DNA of 64,000 nucleotides from Terriglobia bacterium (GTDB taxonomy: Bacteria > Acidobacteriota > Terriglobia > Bryobacterales > Bryobacteraceae), in contig CAVWVR010000005.1 in assembly GCA_963758445.1 (NCBI GenBank), forward strand, positions 21,414 through 85,413, read 5' to 3'. Within the stretch, counting starts at the first letter, position 1. The number at the start of each line of letters is the position of its first letter. Position numbers and translations under genes: made by a program. Below the pieces are notes generated by a model. The model ran no database searches, was not told the origin of the DNA, and saw only the letters and a list, made by a program, of their open reading frames with translations. Below, one piece after another: positions 59,251-64,000 of this stretch.

Positions 59251-62200
59251 CTAAAAGACCAGCTTGGCCGAAAACTGCAGTTGCCGCGCAGTATATAGTC
59301 CGTTCGCGGAAGACGAGCCCGTCGGAAGTTCGAACGTGGGGTTCGGAATGATGCACCCATTCGAACCGGCTGCGACAGCGGCCGAGCATCCTGAGCCGCC
59401 GACCGCCGCGTAATTGAACGCGGTCGCGTTTACTGAGCTGATGTTTGTGTGATTAAAAATGTTGAACGCTTCTGCCAGGAATTGCAGTTGCAGCCGTTCG
59501 CGCAACGCGAAAGAGCGCATGACGCGGAGGTCTACGTTGTGCAGCGAAGGCCCGATGTATACGTTGCGGCCTAGCTGAGGCGGACGGCCTCCCGTGCTTC
59601 CACCTGTGTTGGTGATCTCGCCACCAGTGACGCCGTAATCCACTCCGCCACTCGGAAACCCACTGATCTGGGCGAACAGCGGCTGTCCCGTCGATATCGT
59701 TACGACGCTCGAGAAAGCGAACCCGTCCAGAAGCGCGTGCAAGGGCTTAGCGGAATTTCGAAAGTAAGTCGGCGTCCACACGAAACTCCCAACGAATCGA
59801 TGCCGTTGATCCAGATCGGAAAGTGAATTTTCCTGCTTCTGATTTTTCGGATCGAGCGGCCAATCCGTGCCGAAGAAAGTACCGTTGGCTCCGGCCACCG
59901 CGCCATCGTCAATCGATTTGCTGAACGTATAGTTGAAAAGCATTTCAATGCCATGGCTCATCGGTTTACGCAGTGTCAGAACGAGCCCGTTGTACCAGGA
60001 ATTCACGATGCTGTACCCATTGAGAATCACCCCCGTCTGCGGGTTAAGACGAGTCGTGTAAAACGGAACCGTGATGCTTTCCGCGACAGTTCCGGAAGAG
60101 CTCAGGACATCGTAGGTGTGCGTGGTTGTCGCAGGCGCGATATTTGCATCGGTAAACACCGGCAGATGTTCGCCGCGGCTGAAGAGATATCCGGCTGAGA
60201 ATGCCAGATTCCCCGGCAACTGACGTTCAATGGTGAACTCGCCCTCATGCACCAGCGGATTAACGAAATCGGGAACCAGGCCGTGCGCAAGCTGGGTCAG
60301 CGCCGGTGGTGTGAACGGAGTAACCTGCGGCGCCAGAGCTCCGGCGAAAGGTGCTGCGGGCGCGGGTCCGGGAGGCGTGAAGATCAGGTTCGGAAACGTG
60401 AGAGCCGGACAGGTACTCGGCAGACAATTGGAGGTCTGTTGATAGACGCCGTTTTCCACGCGCAGCGCATAGAAGGTGCTGTTGGAGGTCTTGCCGTAGA
60501 ACATCCCATAGCCAAGCCGCACAACAGTGTCTTTCATCGGCTCCCACGCAATACCAATCCGCGGGCCGAAGTTGTTTTTATCAATGTTCAGCGTTGAGGT
60601 ATATAGAGTAGTCAGCGGCGTCGCAGTATTCGGCCGCGGAGGTTGCGGGACGGTCTGTATTTCATAACGCACGCCCAGATTCAATGTAAGATTGGGACGA
60701 AATTTCCAACTGTCTTCAAAGAATCCGGCGTAGTCGTTGTCGTAAAAGTCGTCCTTTCCAACTCCCGTGATCGGATCGGTGACCTGAGTAAACGAACTGT
60801 AATGCTTGCCGGTGCTGGCGCCCGTGTTGATGCCGTAGACGTCCAGCGCCCAGTTGTCGAAGGCCGTCGCGGGTGCGCCACTGTAGCTGTATACCCCACC
60901 GCCTTGAAACAAGTTGATGGCTACTTCGTGAATGAAGTTAAGGTCAAAACCGGCCTTCATCTGGTGCTTGCCTTTAGAAATCGAAAGCGTGTCGGCAAGC
61001 TGGATGCGATGCTCGTCAGGGAAAGCGGGGCGCGGCAGTGCGTTGGGCATTCCATAAGCCATAACGCTGGCAACCGTAACACTCGGGCCGCCGCTATTCG
61101 CGCCTGTCATTTCGTCGTCCACTCCCCACTGGAAACGCAGGTTGTTCACCATAGTGGGTTTGAGAGTGGAGTCCCAACTCGCGACAAAAAAGCGCTCGTG
61201 AAGAACGATAGGGCCATTTGCAGTAACTGAGTTGTTACTAACCGTAGTGTTCGAGTTATACGAATTCGGCGCGTGGTAATCGTCCAGATCGAAGCCCGCG
61301 CTTAAACGATTTTTTTCATTGAGCTGATAATCCAGTTTGCCGAAACCAATGTCATTCACGCCCGTTCGCGGGTAAGATCCCCGAAGCGAGGACAGATAAC
61401 CGTTGGCCGCGGAGCACTGTGCCGCGCTAAGTGCCGCGGGACAAGCAAGCGGAAATTTAGAAGTACTGATGTAGGTGATCGGGAAAACTTTTCGCGATCC
61501 GTCGTAATTCAAGAAGTAGAACAGCTTGTCTTTGAGGATGGCCCCGCCGACACTTCCGCCGAATTGCTGCTGTTGATGTACCGGCTGCGCAAGAACGCCG
61601 TTGGCCTTGTTGACCGGATCAAGAGCGTTCAGAGCCGGATAGCGCAAATAATAGAAAAGATCGCCGTGCATGCGCGTTTGTACCGGACTTGGTCACCGCA
61701 TTGACAACGCCGCCCGCCGCCTGCCCGAACTCCGCGCTGTAATTGCTGGCGCTTACTTGAAATTCTTGAATGGCATCCAGGCTGTAAATGTAGGGAACGC
61801 CTGTTGTGGCTGAGCTTCGGCCACGTGCCTCCGAGAAAAACGCTTGATTGTTGTTCGCTCCGTCCACGGAATTGTTGTTGTAAAGACCGGAAATGCCACG
61901 GTACGAAACCAACGCTCCATCCGTGGTCACTCCTGGCGTCAGCAGGACAAAGTTGTCCCAACGCCGGCCCACTATCGGAAGATTTTCAACCAGGTTCTCG
62001 TCGACCACTTGCGATTGTTCAGTCTTCTCGGTGTCCACCACAGCAGCTTCACCAGTCACGGTGACGGTTTCCTGCGTGCTCTGAACAGGCAGTTGCAGAT
62101 TGACTTGCAAAGTCTGACCAACTTCGAGCGTCAGATCTTCCCGCACAACCTTGGCGAATCCAGGCTTCGACACACTTACCGTATAGTGGCCAGGCTGCAA

Positions 62201-62440
62201 AAACGTGGCGCTGTAGATCCCGTTTGCATTCGTCGACAGCGACCGGTCAACACCCGTATCGGTCTCGTGCACGATCACAGCAGCATCCGGCACGATAGCT
62301 CCGGAAGGATCGGTAAGAGTGCCGGTGATGGTTCCGGCGGCAGCCGATTGCGCCAACGCCCGGTGCGTCAGCCCACTACCAAGTAACATGCTCAGCGCGA
62401 TCGCGGTGAGGATTCGTTTTGGGAAAGAAAATGTGCGCAA
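59251..62440 (-). pseudogene. TonB-dependent receptor (carboxypeptidase-regulatory-like N-domain + plug + barrel) interrupted by a +1 frameshift near 61668-61675
   Basis: ORFs 61619-62440 and 59251-61671 are in different frames. Joined sequence ...AVTKSGTNA/(L)HGDLFYYLRYPALNALDP is the conserved TBDR motif. Signal peptide and CarboxypepD_reg-like N-terminus. Confidence 0.7.
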
Positions 62441-62540
62441 CAGTCCTCCTTTTCGAGAACTCGACGAGGAGTTTGACAGCGATTAAAAAGACACTACGAG
62501 ATTCGCAGTATACACTACAGCGACAACGCTGGCGGAAGTT

Positions 62541-64000
62541 CTAGCGAACTTGCGGAAAGCCCAGATCCACTTTGCTTGTGCTCGGATCTGGCCAGCGGCT
62601 CGTGACCAGCTTCGCCCGGGTGTAAAACTGCACGCCTTCGGGGCCGTACATGTGAAGGTCGCCGAACAAGGAGGACTTCCAGCCACCGAAGCTGTGATAG
62701 GCAACTGGCACCGGGATAGGCACATTGATGCCGACCATCCCGACTTCAATATCGAACTGAAAGCGCCGGGCCGCACCGCCGTCACGCGTAAAAATCGCGG
62801 TGCCGTTACCCATCGGATGATCGTTGATAATGCGCACTGCATCGTCGTACGTGGGCGCACGAACAACGCTGAGCACGGGTCCAAAAATTTCATCGTCGTA
62901 GCAGCGCATTCCGGGCTGCACATGGTCCAGCAGCGATGCACCAAGAAAAAATCCAGCGCGCTTTCGAGCCTCATGCGCGCGCCCGTCTTCCACAACCGTC
63001 GCGCCTTCAGCGGGAGCATTCTCGATGTAAGACGCTACCCGATCGCGATGCTCGCGCGTAATCAGAGGTCCCATGTCATTGCCATCCTCCAAGCCGGGAC
63101 CAATGCGAAGCTTGCGAACGCGATTGCGGATGGCGGTGATCAGCGGGTCCGCCGCGCTACCAACCGCAACGATAACCGAAATTGCCATGCAACGCTCGCC
63201 TGCGGAACCGTAGGCAGCCGAAACGGCAGCGTCCGCGGCCATGTCCAAATCTGCGTCCGGCAGAACCACCATGTGGTTTTTCGCGCCACCGAGCGCCTGC
63301 ACACGCTTCCCATTGCGCGTACCAGTTTCATAGATAGCCCGAGCCACTGGAGTGGAGCCGACGAAGCTGATTGCTTTCACGTCAGGGTGCTCCAGCAATC
63401 GATTCACTGCGATGCGATCGCCTTGGATCACGTTGAAAACGCCGTCCGGCAGACCGGCCTGCTGCAAAAGTTCGGAAAGGTAGAGACTGACAGACGGATC
63501 CTTTTCGGACGGCTTGAGGATGAACGTGTTGCCGCACGCAATTGCGTTGGCGAACATCCACATGGGCACCATCGCGGGAAAATTGAACGGCGTAATCCCA
63601 GCGACAACCCCGAGCGGCTGCCGAATCTGATACACGTCTACACCGCGACTGGCTTGTTCGGAAAATTCGCCCTTCAGCAGATTGGGAATGCCACAGGCGA
63701 ATTCAACGTTCTCTAGTCCGCGCGCGACTTCGCCAAGCGCGTCAGCAAGGGTCTTACCGTGTTCAAGAGTTAGAAAGCGCGCGATCTTCTGCCGATTGCG
63801 GTCGATTAACTCGCGCAAACGGAACATCACCTCAGAGCGCCGCGACAAAGGCGTCGCACGCCATTCGGGAAACGCAGCTTTCGCTACCGCAACAGCTTGG
63901 TCGACTTCGTCCGCGCTGGCAAAATCAACGGAAGCTTGCGCGTTGCCGGTAGCCGGATTCCAGATCGTGCCAGAACGCCCGGATTTCGATTCGACGGGCT
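62541..64000 (-). CDS. mmsA: Methylmalonate-semialdehyde dehydrogenase (CoA-acylating) MmsA, N-terminus beyond window edge
   Basis: ALDH family with GITPFNFPAMVPMWMF and catalytic Cys in GSAGERCMA. Reading frame stays open to nt 64000 (...NPATGNAQASVDFASADEVDQAVAVAKAAFPEWRA...). Confidence 0.85.
   Translation of the reverse strand, partial: PVESKSGRSGTIWNPATGNAQASVDFASADEVDQAVAVAKAAFPEWRATPLSRRSEVMFRLRELIDRNRQKIARFLTLEHGKTLADALGEVARGLENVEFACGIPNLLKGEFSEQASRGVDVYQIRQPLGVVAGITPFNFPAMVPMWMFANAIACGNTFILKPSEKDPSVSLYLSELLQQAGLPDGVFNVIQGDRIAVNRLLEHPDVKAISFVGSTPVARAIYETGTRNGKRVQALGGAKNHMVVLPDADLDMAADAAVSAAYGSAGERCMAISVIVAVGSAADPLITAIRNRVRKLRIGPGLEDGNDMGPLITREHRDRVASYIENAPAEGATVVEDGRAHEARKRAGFFLGASLLDHVQPGMRCYDDEIFGPVLSVVRAPTYDDAVRIINDHPMGNGTAIFTRDGGAARRFQFDIEVGMVGINVPIPVPVAYHSFGGWKSSLFGDLHMYGPEGVQFYTRAKLVTSRWPDPSTSKVDLGFPQVR

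Overview
This is a gene-dense chromosomal segment of about 64 kb from a high-GC (~60%) bacterium. The protein repertoire suggests Acidobacteriota, but that is an inference. The evidence for this guess is the abundance of BNR/Asp-box proteins, TonB-dependent receptors with carboxypeptidase-regulatory N-domains, and NHL and ricin lectin proteins. No CRISPR array, transposase or integrase was found.

In order the window contains:
- The kdpA(partial)-kdpB-kdpC operon, followed by two tandem KdpD-N-terminal/Usp sensor-only paralogs with no histidine-kinase domain.
- An orphan ORF in a low-GC pocket.
- An MFS transporter and a divergent GntR/LacI-type regulator, which share a 31-bp motif.
- A complete Tol-Pal cluster on the minus strand (tolQ-tolR-tolA-tolB-pal-ybgF).
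- recN, a HigB/HigA toxin-antitoxin pair, murJ and htrA.
- A candidate hydroxyproline catabolic cluster: a proline-racemase-family epimerase divergent from a three-component FAD/2Fe-2S dehydrogenase plus a DapA-family enzyme.
- Secreted hydrolases: a BNR-repeat protein, a CocE/NonD hydrolase and a GH27 alpha-galactosidase.
- tRNA-Pro(CGG).
- A 1347-aa NHL-propeller protein ending in tandem ricin-B lectin domains.
- A split F0 ATP synthase unit (atpZ-atpI-atpB-atpE only).
- The SOS mutagenesis cassette imuA-imuB-dnaE2, followed by a DUF433/DUF5615 toxin-antitoxin-like pair.
- A TonB-dependent receptor and an alpha/beta hydrolase, each interrupted by a frameshift.
- A partial mmsA at the right edge.

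The most unusual element is a single 1036-aa gene at 43640-46750. It fuses an N-terminal WD40 propeller, a Roc-type small GTPase, a COR-like region, a CxxC...CxxC zinc ribbon and a C-terminal TIR-like domain. This looks like a ROCO-family GTPase switch coupled to a TIR (putative NADase) effector. It is a candidate single-gene defense or signalling system that I do not recognise as described.
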